A stretch of DNA of 64,000 bases, taken from positions 1 to 64,000 of the forward strand of contig VRVR01000033.1 in NCBI GenBank assembly GCA_009859145.1, in the 5' to 3' direction. The DNA is from Andalucia godoyi And28. Lineage: Eukaryota > Protista > Jakobida. The notes beneath the pieces were generated by a model. The model saw only the letters and a list, made by a program, of their open reading frames with translations. It was not told the DNA's origin and made no database searches. The translations under genes were made by a program, and so were the position numbers. Of the stretch, positions 41,504 through 51,997 are shown piece after piece. The first letter of the stretch is position 1. Each line of letters begins with the position of its first letter.

Positions 41504-44500
41504 CTAATATACAGGGTCTTCGTACTCTTCTTCGTGGTCGTCGGTGCGAAGACGATCATAATGAACAGAGGACTGGAGTGTCGTCATCATCATTTCTCGG
41601 TCATACCGATCCCCGCGGCTCATCTTCCAATACCACCAGCCATAGAATCCGATCCCGCAGGCAAACAGCGCAATGAAAAAGACAAACACAAAAACACCGA
41701 CGGGCGAGCCGAGATGCAGGGAGCTCATCCCAGCATCGGAGTCGGAATTGCTACTAGACGAACTCGAGCTGCTGTCATTGCTCCTCGGGGCTTCTGCAGC
41801 TTCGACATGGACGGACACTTGCACGGACGACGGAACATCCAAGACATGGAGATCGATGGCTTGGAAATCAACGTGCCGCAGCACCAACACACCAGGACGA
41901 AGTGTCGCTGTAATGGCAATATCGGCTCCTTTGTCCGATACCACCGAGCTGTGGACTGCCAGGTGCTCCAGCTGGATGGACAGATCGCTTCGCAGACGAG
42001 CAACACACTCCCCACCCCAAGCATATCCTTCCGGAAGATCCAATACAAACGCGCACGGCCCTTCCGCCACGTCATTATCGAGGAACCGCAATGCAAGATC
42101 CTGCACATTCTGCACACTCGTGAAGAACCTCAACAAACGAGTTTCGGAATCAAATGTCATAACCGATGGATCTGACGCCAGCACGGGAACGAGCGTGCTT
42201 GCCGGAGACACGACCCAAGACTTCCCTGACACTGGGTCCAGAATCCTCACAACTAGCGGACTCGTCTGCTTGTCCAGGGACTGCAAATCAATAACCGCAA
42301 AGGCTTGGTTCCCTTGAAATGCAACCCGCTGCGTTGGAATCGATTCCGCCACTGGACTCTTGTCGGGCCCGAATGCAAATACCGCATGCGAAAACGGAAA
42401 ACAAGACGATGGATTCACGAACAACGGGAACCTCGCCAAGCGAACGTGAGCTACATTTGGTGTGGAGGATGCAGTGACAAAAGGAAGGGTCAGCGAGGCG
42501 TCCAGGGGCTTCCACAACGTCAAGGACAGTAGACCCGCCGCTGCAATCGGAATCCATTCCTTTTCTCCTGAATGCATCAGCTGTATGGAATAGCAAGCGG
42601 GGCCGTTCTCCATCAACTTTCCGCTCACGGGCACAACAAACTCGAATGTGACGGAGCCTTTCGACGATTTCTCCTTGCCATCCACCCATATCCATTCTTC
42701 TGAAGACTCGGAAGCTGAGGATGTTTTGATGGGCTGGAGGGCAACCATATATGCAGACAGAGGCCGCGGGAATACGGGGGCGTCCAGCTCGTACTGAATA
42801 ACCACGTCGGCAATCTTGGAGCCATCGCTTGGCAACAATACCAAGGAGTCGGAGATGTAGGTTCTGAGTGTCCGCGCGGCAGTGTGCACCGCCACGAGAT
42901 GCAGATCAGCGAAGAGCGAGTAGTTAAACGACAGGCAGCTCAACGTAATCAGCCGATGAGAGTCCAAAGCATCCCTTCCTACGGAGCAGGACGAATCGAT
43001 TAAGCCAATCGGAGTCCACGCAAACCCGTCAGCGTGCGATTGAACGGCGAAAACCTCTAGGTCAGACTGCGTACGAATGAGAGATCGTGAATCAATATTG
43101 CAGGAATCGAAAACTCCAAACTGAACAATCAACTGCGGACGACCATGGTTTGGAGAAGAAGAACCCTTCGCGGCATCATGGACAACGACACCCTCCACAA
43201 TTGCTGCGTTCACGGAAACAGCGTGCGAGATGACGTCTTGCAGCACATGCACCAGCCCTTCTCGATAGTGGTTATTTTGGTAGACCTTTGGGACTGTCGA
43301 TGCACTGCCAGCACGGTCCTCGCTGGCAAACACAACTTGGACTACTCGTTTTTCACCGGCAGATTCAACAACATCATCGACACGAACCGTCACTTGGTCT
43401 CCGCTTTTGGTAGCCAACTGCAGTCGCCTGCCATCTGTTGCTCCTCCAGGTGGAATTTCAATGATTCCGCAGACACGACTATCCGTTTCCACAAATCCAT
43501 GGCACTTCGTACGATCTTCACGAACCACAGTGGCCACTGGAATAAACTCCGTCTTGAAATTGAACAACTCTACAGACGCCTCTAAAATACCACCATGTGC
43601 CGACTCGTCCAAAACCCCGTCGACGAGGCACTCCACGTGATCTGCCGACGAACGGAGGAGATCGCACTCCACCGCTGCAAGATCCTCGGTGAGAGACTGC
43701 GACAGCGTCGCTCCACGAATCCAAATGATAGGATTTTCTGCCACTGATGCGTCTTTGAAATGCTCACCGTGTATGGTGAGAACATCCGCCGTCACGTCAA
43801 TAGTGGTGGGGACCGCATCCAGGCCGTTGATCACCGGCGATGGGACGACTTTAGCAATTGCAGAAAATTTCGAGCTTTCGTGGCCAAATGTGCGGACTTT
43901 CGCCAACAAAGTGCCCACGTGCAGTGCCATGGACTGTGGATTCAGTTCGCATACGATGGAATCAACAGAAGACGACATAACGAAGCACCCATCGGATACT
44001 TCCTTGTCATCGAGAGCGGAGCCTGAGAAGACGACGGCGTCCACATCCTGTACATCCGGAGAAAAATGATTTCCAAAGATGGTAACCCGGGTTGCGCCAA
44101 CTGCAATCACTTGCAGATTCTCCGCTTCAGCACTTGGCCCCGTGTTGTGAACGACGCTGACGTCCGCGGTGTGGACCCTCAGCGGCGCGGAGGCCTCGCC
44201 TTCGTAGTCTCCGTTGTTGAATGCAGATATCGATACAAAATATGCGTGGTTCTCTTCCAAGCCAGAAAATCGATACAGAAACCTAGACGACGTTGAATGA
44301 GGCTTTGCGAAATCCTCTTTGATGACGATCGAGCCCGCGGGGTCTTTCAGTAATCGGATGCGATACTTTGTGACCACCGATGGCCGTCCCCAATACAACG
44401 GTGCCTTCCAAGCAATGTCCACTGAGGAAGGAGATGCCTTTGCAAGAGTGACGTCGACAGGGACTGATGGCGGGGCATGAGCATCCAAGAACGACACGAC

Positions 44501-46255
44501 GTACTCAATGTCGAGAAAATCGGCATAGAAATAATTGTGATTCTCAATAAAGATGCGGTATTCGCCAGCTTGCGATATCTCCAATGCATTGCCGAGCGTA
44601 ACCGACCGTTCCTTTGGTTTGGAATCTATTGGAAACGGATTGCGGTCTTCATGCGAGGACACGTTTCCGCACGGGATAGTGCGGTGATACGCGTACTGCG
44701 ATGCCTCATTGCGGTCAAAAATGCAGACCGTGAACTGGTCACGTAATCGAGGTGCAACCAGCTTGACCGAATACTCCACAAGCGACCCTTGCATGGCCAA
44801 GCAAGAGGTCTGCGGAATAGCCTGGATGTAATGAACCGATCGAATGCCAGACTCTCCGCACAGATTGCCGCACTGCAGCGAAACATCATGCTCTGCAAGA
44901 TCGCCGAGGAGCATCATGTACGTTGCCACATGATGCAAGTCCAGTTCATACATGGACACGTTCGTTCGCAAGATGTACTCTGGAGACACGTGCATGTATC
45001 CGAGCCACGGGGGCGGAACTGTAGAAACTGGGTCTCTTGTAATACCAGAAGGATCTGCATTGACATAACGCATCACGGGGAGCTTATCCGTCGCATCGCT
45101 CTTGAATTTCGAGTCGAAAAACGAGGCAAACGTTGCGTCGCCAACACGAGGGGAACCGAAAGTGGTCAGAGAAAAGTCCTTGATCAGAGGCCGGATCAGA
45201 GGATCCGAGCCCAAATCCACCATCGCAAGAGTTGCAAGCCCGGCACCGAGCGAATGGCCCGTGAAATACATGTGAAAGGACGCATTATACGCCCCACCGC
45301 TCAGTTCGGAGGAAAAATTCATGATTTGGTCCTTGATCGCCTTTTGAACATAGGAATATGCCAGTGCGAATCCGGCGTGCACTCTGCCGCATGACACGTC
45401 ATTGTACACGCACGACGAAAGCCACGCCCTGCCGTCTGTTATTCCATCTGTAAACGAAGCGGTGCCACGGAACACGACGATGATCGTCTCCAGCGTTGGA
45501 TTGGCAAACAGTGCGCCCTCAGTGTCCAGGATGGAGAATGCCTGCAAGAGCCTCCAAGAGGTGCATAGTCCATCATAAGAGAAGTGAAACACCTTGTCCT
45601 CGTACCTGTCAATATCTCGAATTTCATCATAAATGAGGGACGACAGCCGAAGAAGCAAGTAGTCGCGGGCGACGACATTCGTACTGAGACCCGTTGCCTT
45701 GAACGACGAGACGGTTGGGCGAAACTGCACAGAAACACTCGACTTTTCATTCTTCACCGACTGGGACGGCTCCATGGGAGATCGCAGTGCCGCGGATGGT
45801 GCAAACCTACGAAACCCCCGCTCGACCTCCGCAATGACAAAGTACGTGTCCGTCTCGAATGCTTGGAAACTCGCGGACAACCGACCTTCCGAGTCAAAGG
45901 CCGGAGAGCTGTGCGTAAATCCATTGCACTTGCGCTGCGGGTCATACGAGTATGCTTGAAACTCCTCGCGAGACAAGAAACAGACCGTGAGCGAACCCGC
46001 GTTGCGCGCAAACGCAGGCGCTTGCAACACAAAGTCTACCGTTGATTCTTTCGGAATTGTGCAGCCCTGATTCAGCACAATGTACTCGCTAATGTCTGCG
46101 ATGCTCAGAGCAGTCGAGGACACCGAACAGGAACTCCCGCCATGAAGACCAAGTCCGAGAGGAAGCTCAAGACCGCTGCCAACCGATGCTACGAACAACA
46201 GCAGACCCCACACAAGACACGCACTCGCAACCGAGACACCAGTCCGCTTGTGCAT
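41504..46255 (-). CDS. Type I membrane protein: signal peptide, class-3 lipase domain, FN3, Ig-like/IPT-like repeats, TM helix
   Basis: ATG 46255 with a hydrophobic leader. Lipase motifs VVFRGT, VHAGF, FTGHSLGAGLA, TFGSPRVGD, DPVSTVPP and HHVATY; FN3 motif VDIAWKAP..FSGLEENHAYFVSISAFN; TM VFVFVFFIALFACGIGFYGWWYW. Confidence 0.85.
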   Translation of the reverse strand: MHKRTGVSVASACLVWGLLLFVASVGSGLELPLGLGLHGGSSCSVSSTALSIADISEYIVLNQGCTIPKESTVDFVLQAPAFARNAGSLTVCFLSREEFQAYSYDPQRKCNGFTHSSPAFDSEGRLSASFQAFETDTYFVIAEVERGFRRFAPSAALRSPMEPSQSVKNEKSSVSVQFRPTVSSFKATGLSTNVVARDYLLLRLSSLIYDEIRDIDRYEDKVFHFSYDGLCTSWRLLQAFSILDTEGALFANPTLETIIVVFRGTASFTDGITDGRAWLSSCVYNDVSCGRVHAGFALAYSYVQKAIKDQIMNFSSELSGGAYNASFHMYFTGHSLGAGLATLAMVDLGSDPLIRPLIKDFSLTTFGSPRVGDATFASFFDSKFKSDATDKLPVMRYVNADPSGITRDPVSTVPPPWLGYMHVSPEYILRTNVSMYELDLHHVATYMMLLGDLAEHDVSLQCGNLCGESGIRSVHYIQAIPQTSCLAMQGSLVEYSVKLVAPRLRDQFTVCIFDRNEASQYAYHRTIPCGNVSSHEDRNPFPIDSKPKERSVTLGNALEISQAGEYRIFIENHNYFYADFLDIEYVVSFLDAHAPPSVPVDVTLAKASPSSVDIAWKAPLYWGRPSVVTKYRIRLLKDPAGSIVIKEDFAKPHSTSSRFLYRFSGLEENHAYFVSISAFNNGDYEGEASAPLRVHTADVSVVHNTGPSAEAENLQVIAVGATRVTIFGNHFSPDVQDVDAVVFSGSALDDKEVSDGCFVMSSSVDSIVCELNPQSMALHVGTLLAKVRTFGHESSKFSAIAKVVPSPVINGLDAVPTTIDVTADVLTIHGEHFKDASVAENPIIWIRGATLSQSLTEDLAAVECDLLRSSADHVECLVDGVLDESAHGGILEASVELFNFKTEFIPVATVVREDRTKCHGFVETDSRVCGIIEIPPGGATDGRRLQLATKSGDQVTVRVDDVVESAGEKRVVQVVFASEDRAGSASTVPKVYQNNHYREGLVHVLQDVISHAVSVNAAIVEGVVVHDAAKGSSSPNHGRPQLIVQFGVFDSCNIDSRSLIRTQSDLEVFAVQSHADGFAWTPIGLIDSSCSVGRDALDSHRLITLSCLSFNYSLFADLHLVAVHTAARTLRTYISDSLVLLPSDGSKIADVVIQYELDAPVFPRPLSAYMVALQPIKTSSASESSEEWIWVDGKEKSSKGSVTFEFVVPVSGKLMENGPACYSIQLMHSGEKEWIPIAAAGLLSLTLWKPLDASLTLPFVTASSTPNVAHVRLARFPLFVNPSSCFPFSHAVFAFGPDKSPVAESIPTQRVAFQGNQAFAVIDLQSLDKQTSPLVVRILDPVSGKSWVVSPASTLVPVLASDPSVMTFDSETRLLRFFTSVQNVQDLALRFLDNDVAEGPCAFVLDLPEGYAWGGECVARLRSDLSIQLEHLAVHSSVVSDKGADIAITATLRPGVLVLRHVDFQAIDLHVLDVPSSVQVSVHVEAAEAPRSNDSSSSSSSSNSDSDAGMSSLHLGSPVGVFVFVFFIALFACGIGFYGWWYWKMSRGDRYDREMMMTTLQSSVHYDRLRTDDHEEEYEDPVY

Positions 46256-46645
46256 TCTGTTCCTCTGTAGTTCTTCTTTTTGATTTTTTGTTATTACTAT
46301 TATTATTATTATTATTATTTCTTTTCTCGAGATCGCAACGACAAGTTTGTTCCAATGATCAAACAGTGGGCACACAAAGAATCCCGATCGTTCTTTAAAT
46401 GCAAGTATGATATGTGTTACGGGTACAGTATGGTAGGTACTAAAGGAGTAATGGGAGAAAAGGGGGAGAGAAAGGGGAGGAAAAAGTAAACCATCAATGA
46501 CGGACGTACGAAGGCCTTATTGGAAACGGAATGTAAAAACGTTAAGAGCACGCAAAGCCGCAACGTGTGTTCCGGGAGAAGTTCAATAACCATCAAAGTG
46601 GAAACACCCGAATCATATCGGGCAATTTCCCTCGTGAATTCGTGA

Positions 46646-47308
46646 TTAGGGGCACATTTTACGACCGGTTCTGCGGAAGCAGGAAGGAAGGTGGTCGTTG
46701 ACGACGCCGACGGCTTGCAGGTGGGCGTAGCAGATGGTGGATCCAAAGAACTTGAATCCACGGTTCTTCAAGTCCGCTGCGATTGTATCGGAGAGTTCTG
46801 TGCGAGGAGGGATCGCACCGCTTCCGCTGAACACGACTGGCTTTCCGCCCGGCACAAATCCATACAAGTACTTGTCAAACGACCCGAACTCCTGCTGAAT
46901 CGCCAGAAATATCTTTGCGTTGGAAATGGCCGCTTTGATTTTTGCGCGGTTGCGAATGATCCCTGGATTCTTGAGGAGCTCCTCCACGTGGGCATCTGTG
47001 AACTCGGATACTCGCGCCGCATCAAAATCAGCAAATGCCTTGCGATAGTTTTCTCGCTTCCGAAGCACGGTGATCCAGCTGAGCCCAGCCTGCGCTGATT
47101 CAAGAACCAGAAACTCAAAGTGCACTCGATCGTCATGGGTCGCAGTTCCCCACTCTTCATCATGGTACTTTATGTACAGCGGATCACTTGACCCCCACTC
47201 GCATCGGGACACATCGTCAGCAGCACCGCCACTGCACACTTGATCAGCAGCTATCTTCGGACTGCGAGACATTGCGCGAACTGCAAATCGAATCGAGCTT
47301 GCAAGCAT
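46646..47308 (-). CDS. tag: DNA-3-methyladenine glycosylase I (bacterial Tag type), possible mitochondrial presequence
   Basis: RCEWGSSDPLYIKYHDEEWG, FEFLVLESAQAGLSWITVLRKRENYRKAF, IIRNRAKI and GFKFFGSTICYAHLQAVGVVNDH; leader MLASSIRFAVRAMSRSPK. Confidence 0.92.
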   Translation of the reverse strand: MLASSIRFAVRAMSRSPKIAADQVCSGGAADDVSRCEWGSSDPLYIKYHDEEWGTATHDDRVHFEFLVLESAQAGLSWITVLRKRENYRKAFADFDAARVSEFTDAHVEELLKNPGIIRNRAKIKAAISNAKIFLAIQQEFGSFDKYLYGFVPGGKPVVFSGSGAIPPRTELSDTIAADLKNRGFKFFGSTICYAHLQAVGVVNDHLPSCFRRTGRKMCP

Positions 47309-47684
47309 GCACTGAGCGAGGCAGAACAAGAGAGAATGGAGATTGGAGAAGAAAGAAAGGAAAGGAAAAAGAGGAAAGGAAGGAAGAAACCAGAAGAGCG
47401 GTACAGGGGAAATGCACGCTGCATGCCCAATGATGACCTTCATTCAATTCACCATCATTTTCTCTCCAATCCCACCCATGTGTGTGTCGGTCGACTTGCT
47501 CATACAACCTCAAACTCTGCGGGGAAATGTGTTGTGCGAGCAAATAGTTTTCCCCGAACGAGCGAAGAGATAATAGTAAAAAAGTAAAAAAGTAAAAAAG
47601 TAAAAAAGGTAAAAAAGTAATAGTTTACTTGCATATCAACAACATTCGCACCCATTCGCATACAAATCTAGCGTCGTCTCGTTT

Positions 47685-49805
47685 TTAGTCAACAGACTCC
47701 ATTTCGGAATCAACAGCGGAGACCTCCGGTGCAGCAGCGGAAGACGAGGAAGAGTCGTCGGACGAGGAAGAACCATCAAGGGAGAGTCCGAGCTTGATCA
47801 TTCTGTGGATGCGGTTTGCATAGTCGGCGGGGTTGTCAAGGGAGAAACCAGAAACCAAAAGGGCGGTCTCGAAGAGCAGGAAGATCAGATCCTTTGCAGT
47901 CTTGTCAACGGACTCGGCACAGCGCTTGCGGAGTTCGTCAACGATCGGGTGGTTGGGGTTGAGCTCCATGGTCTTGCGAGAGGCCATGTACGTGGACATG
48001 GACGAGTCACGGAGGGCCTGGGCCTTCATGATGCGCTCCATGTTGGCCGACCAACCGAACTCACCGGTGACCAGGATGCATGGGGATTCAACCATGCGGT
48101 CTCCGAGGATAACCTTCTCAACCTTGTCGCCAAGAACTTCCTTGACGGACTTGCAGAGGCCCTCGAACTGCGCCTTGCGCTCCTCCTTGGACTTCTTCTC
48201 GTCCTCAGTCTCGTCGGGGAACACGAGTCCCTCCTTGGTGACACAGACAAGCTTCTTGCCCTCGAATTCACGAAGCTGCTGGACGCAGTACTCGTCGATC
48301 GGCTCAACCATGAAGAGGACTTCGAGGTCACGCTTCTTGCAGGCCTCGAGGAACGGCGACTTCTCGACGGCAGCCTTGGACTCGCCGGTGATGTAGTAGA
48401 TGTCCTTCTGGGACTCCTTCATGCGCGAGATGTAGTCCTTCAGCGTGGTCATCTCCTCGCCGGACTTGGTGGAGTGGTAGCGGAGCAGCTCGGCGAGCTT
48501 CGTGCGGTTGGCGGTATCCTCGTGGATTCCGAGCTTGAGGTTCTTGGAGAACGACTCGTAGAACTTCTTGTAGTCCTCTGCATTCTCGGAGATCTCAAAG
48601 AAGAGATCGATGCACTTCTTGACGAGGTTCTTGCGGATGACCTTGAGGATCTTGTTCTGCTGGAGCATTTCACGAGAAATGTTCAACGGCAAATCTTCCG
48701 AGTCCACAACTCCCTTGACGAACGACAGCCATTCGGGGATGATCTCTGCGCAGTCGTCCATGATGAACACACGGCGGACATACAACTTGATGTTGTTCTG
48801 GTTCTTCTTAGTGTCGAACATGTCGAAAGGTGCGCGCTTGGGGACGTAGATGACGGCCTTGAACTCAAGCTGTCCCTCCACAGAGAAGTGCTTGACGGCA
48901 AGGTGCTCCTCCCAGTCGTTGGAGATTGCCTTGTAGAAGCTGGCATACTCCTCCTTGGTAACATCCTTGGGGTCGCGCGTCCAGATGGGCTTGGCGGTGT
49001 TGAGGTGCTCGAACTTCTCCTCGGTTTCCGAAACCTTCTTCTTGCTCTTCTTCTCCTTCTTCTCCTCGGCGTCTGTGACGTCCTCGATCTTTGCCTCGTC
49101 GCCCTCAGGCTTCTTCTCCTCTGCGGCCTCCTCTTCCTCAACTTCCTTCTCAACAGTCTTCTTGACGAAGAGGTAGATTGGGTATCCAATGAACTCGGAG
49201 TGTTTCTTGACAAGGTCGCGAACCTTCTTCTCGTCATTGTAGTCTGCCTGGTCCTCCTTCATGTGCAAGATGAGCATGGATCCACGAGTCAGCTTCTTTC
49301 CAGAAACGGAACCCTCGGGGTCATGAGTAACCTCGAATGTACCACCGGCAGAAGACTCCCAGATGTGCTGGTCATCGTCGTTGTGCTTCGAGATGACGGT
49401 CACGCGCTCGGCAACAAGGTACGCAGAGTAGAATCCGACTCCGAACTGTCCAATGAGCGAAATGTCTGCACCAGCCTGGAGAGCCTCCATGAACTGCTTA
49501 GTACCAGAACGAGCGATCGTTCCCAGGTTGTTGATCAAGTCTGCCTTGGTCATACCGATACCAGTATCGCGGATCGTCAGCGTGTTCGACTCCTTGTCCG
49601 GAATGATATCAATGCGCAGATCGGGCTCGGTGTCAAGAGCAGCCTTGTTCGTAAGACCAATGTGGCGGATCTTGTCAAGGGCATCTGACGCGTTCGAAAT
49701 CAACTCGCGAAGGAAGATCTCCTTGTTCGAGTAGAACGTGTTGATGATCAAAGACATCAACTGCGTGATGTCTGATTGGAACTTGTAAGTCTCGGCGTTC
49801 GACAT
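47685..49805 (-). CDS. HSP90: Cytosolic HSP90
   Basis: ATG 49805. [55 protein letters not shown] and [15 protein letters not shown]; ends in MESVD. Confidence 0.97.
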   Translation of the reverse strand: MSNAETYKFQSDITQLMSLIINTFYSNKEIFLRELISNASDALDKIRHIGLTNKAALDTEPDLRIDIIPDKESNTLTIRDTGIGMTKADLINNLGTIARSGTKQFMEALQAGADISLIGQFGVGFYSAYLVAERVTVISKHNDDDQHIWESSAGGTFEVTHDPEGSVSGKKLTRGSMLILHMKEDQADYNDEKKVRDLVKKHSEFIGYPIYLFVKKTVEKEVEEEEAAEEKKPEGDEAKIEDVTDAEEKKEKKSKKKVSETEEKFEHLNTAKPIWTRDPKDVTKEEYASFYKAISNDWEEHLAVKHFSVEGQLEFKAVIYVPKRAPFDMFDTKKNQNNIKLYVRRVFIMDDCAEIIPEWLSFVKGVVDSEDLPLNISREMLQQNKILKVIRKNLVKKCIDLFFEISENAEDYKKFYESFSKNLKLGIHEDTANRTKLAELLRYHSTKSGEEMTTLKDYISRMKESQKDIYYITGESKAAVEKSPFLEACKKRDLEVLFMVEPIDEYCVQQLREFEGKKLVCVTKEGLVFPDETEDEKKSKEERKAQFEGLCKSVKEVLGDKVEKVILGDRMVESPCILVTGEFGWSANMERIMKAQALRDSSMSTYMASRKTMELNPNHPIVDELRKRCAESVDKTAKDLIFLLFETALLVSGFSLDNPADYANRIHRMIKLGLSLDGSSSSDDSSSSSAAAPEVSAVDSEMESVD

Positions 49806-50006
49806 TTCTGCTGGGTGGCTTTCAGAAAAAATATGCAAGGACAAGATTTCTTGAAATGTGTCAACAAAGAACGGAAAAAAGAGAGAGAGAGAGAGAGAGG
49901 AAAAGAAAAAGTGAAGAAGAAACAAAGAAAGAAAGAGGAGAAAGCGAGAACTAAAAAGCACGAAACCGAAGGCTCATTTAAAAGTGTCGCAAGTGCGAAG
50001 AGGCGA

Positions 50007-50073
50007 TGACGTCGCAAGCACGCAATCACGTCAAGTGGTTACGTCATAGCTCCACGGTGGGCAAACCACGTCA
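50007..50073. promoter_or_regulatory. Cluster of four TGACGT/ACGTCA (CRE/ATF-like) sites upstream of HSP90
   Basis: TGACGT at 50007 and ACGTCA at 50028, 50041 and 50068, about 200-270 nt upstream of the HSP90 ATG. Confidence 0.35.
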
Positions 50074-50205
50074 CGCCGGACCTTTTCTGGTTTTCATTTG
50101 AATGACTCGAGAGGGCGAAAAATATATATACATAATGCTGTGCTTTTATTTTACAACAGGCAGCGCCTTGGCGGGGGGGGGGGGGGGGGGGTCAGATAAT
50201 AATAC

Positions 50206-51261
50206 TTAAAACAGCAGAGAAGAGGCGCGTTCGAGCTCTTCATCGCAGTCTTGTCCGGATGCGAATCCTTCATCCATGGACTCGCCGCCAGACTCGATCC
50301 AAATGACTCCGGGGAGCCAGATCTCAGTACCGGACTCACACCCATCTTCAGAACTGCTGGTGGTGCCAAGCCGAACCGTATCCATCCCTTCATTGCCACT
50401 CTTGTTGTTCTCTCCGTACTCGCCAAGCAGCAGCTCCTGGTCCATCTTTCGAACCCTTGCTGCACGCTCACGAACTGCATGCTTGAACTCTTGAAACGAC
50501 GCATACCGCTTCACAACCATCCGTGCAGACGCATCTTCGGCTCCATGCTCCGGACGAATGGCGACCTTCACATTCGTTCGGCGCCGTTTCTTTCCTCGAC
50601 GGCTCCTCTTCGCAGCGCCCTCTTCGAGTTCAAAATTGTCATTTTCGCTGGCTTCGTCGTCTGAACTGGAGTCGATCTTGAAAGAGGCTCGCTTTCTTCG
50701 GACTGCTCTTCGCCTTGTGGGCTGCTGCCGTTGCTGCTGCAGCTCTTCGGAAGGACGGCACGAGTCACCGCACATCTGGCTGAGCAACAGGCCATCAAAC
50801 TGCCGCTTCCGAACAAGCCTCACAAAGGCATGAAATGCCTCCGACTCCAGTTTCAAACGAATGGAGGAAAACGACCGGTTTGGAACAAACATTTGCAAAA
50901 AGGGGAGCGTTTCTGGCCCGATTTTCTTATCTCCAGTAATTTCAATGGCCTTCTTCAATGCCAAAAGCTCGTCTTCCGTCCACCTGCCTGTGTCATACGC
51001 TTGGGGATGGCTGTGTTGAGCAGGCTCATCCATCTGGACAGAGAACACTGGTGGAAGCGGAGTGCGATCGTCCGCCTCAACGGGTCTCGAATTCGAAATC
51101 GACAATACCGAAGCAGCCGAAAGTGAGGCAGCTGCCTCCGGGATGCCTACTCCATGAGAAGGGATCGACGAACTTGGAACACACGGAATGGACACAGACG
51201 ACAGAATGACACGTGCTTGCTTGAGAGATTCAAAACGAGACAGAAAGGCATCATCTGTCAT
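50206..51261 (-). CDS. Myb/SANT-like domain protein
   Basis: ATG 51261 (MTDDAFL). GRWTEDELLALKKAIEITG..VPNRSFSSIRLK followed by basic NLS-like tracts. Confidence 0.7.
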   Translation of the reverse strand: MTDDAFLSRFESLKQARVILSSVSIPCVPSSSIPSHGVGIPEAAASLSAASVLSISNSRPVEADDRTPLPPVFSVQMDEPAQHSHPQAYDTGRWTEDELLALKKAIEITGDKKIGPETLPFLQMFVPNRSFSSIRLKLESEAFHAFVRLVRKRQFDGLLLSQMCGDSCRPSEELQQQRQQPTRRRAVRRKRASFKIDSSSDDEASENDNFELEEGAAKRSRRGKKRRRTNVKVAIRPEHGAEDASARMVVKRYASFQEFKHAVRERAARVRKMDQELLLGEYGENNKSGNEGMDTVRLGTTSSSEDGCESGTEIWLPGVIWIESGGESMDEGFASGQDCDEELERASSLLF

Positions 51262-51515
51262 TTGGATGACATTGAAATAACTCTTCAAAATTAAAATTAA
51301 AAAACCAGAATGCCTGGTACTCCCAATCGCGCGTCTTTTCAAGTATTAATCTTATTTTTTTCATTATTATTTTTTGCGCATGGTTTTTCGGCTTGCTGTC
51401 GTTGTTGTTGTTGCTGTTGGTTTTGCTTTTGGTTTTTGAAAAGGAAATCCGCAAAACCGTGGAAGAAATTGTGAGTTGTCATTTTCAATGCTGGAAAATG
51501 CAGGACTTGTTGTAA

Positions 51516-51616
51516 GACACGATGGCCGAGCGGTTAAGGCGTTTGACTCGAACGACTGAAATGTCCGAGTATATCAATTGGGATCTCCCGCGCAGGTTCG
51601 AATCCTGTTCGTGTCG
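51516..51616 (+). tRNA. tRNA-Ser(CGA) with a 20-nt intron at the canonical 37/38 position (51553-51572)
   Basis: Acceptor stem GACACGA/TCGTGTC, D arm TGGCCGAGCGGTTAAGGC, anticodon CGA at 51549-51551, long variable arm and T loop GGTTCGAATCC. Confidence 0.93.
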
Positions 51617-51997
51617 CTTGTTTTTTTTTGTTTGTATACCTGTTTCTTCCCTTTTCATTTTTCCTTTTTGATCTTTCTTGAGTCATTGGAGGTTCTTGGA
51701 CTGACATGACATGTCACACGACACCCCATGAATCCTTCCGTTTCGTGTGTCTCGTGCCCGCCAAAGCATTGCAGAAAATAATATCATAAACGACTTTGCA
51801 AAAAACCCCATTTTATTCTTTGGAAACGAAGTGCACAATTTCTGATCTCGATCTGACGTTGACTCCTCACGCTAGGAACTTTCATTCTTTTTTTGTTTCC
51901 TTCTTCTCTCGGTCTGCGTCACTCTCACACTCGCTCCCGCTCCTGCTCTCACTCTGCGTCTCAGTCTTGACTTGACTTGACTAGGATTGCTGGCTCG

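Noticed and set aside
21331-47308. AidB-like ACAD and Tag as a linked alkylation-response cluster
   Set aside because: They are ~24 kb apart with unrelated genes between, and AidB-like ACADs are widespread in eukaryotes.
47805-49688. 627-aa ORF antisense to HSP90
   Set aside because: It mirrors the HSP90 codons; long antisense ORFs are an expected by-product of strong codon bias in highly expressed chaperone genes, and it has no motif of its own.
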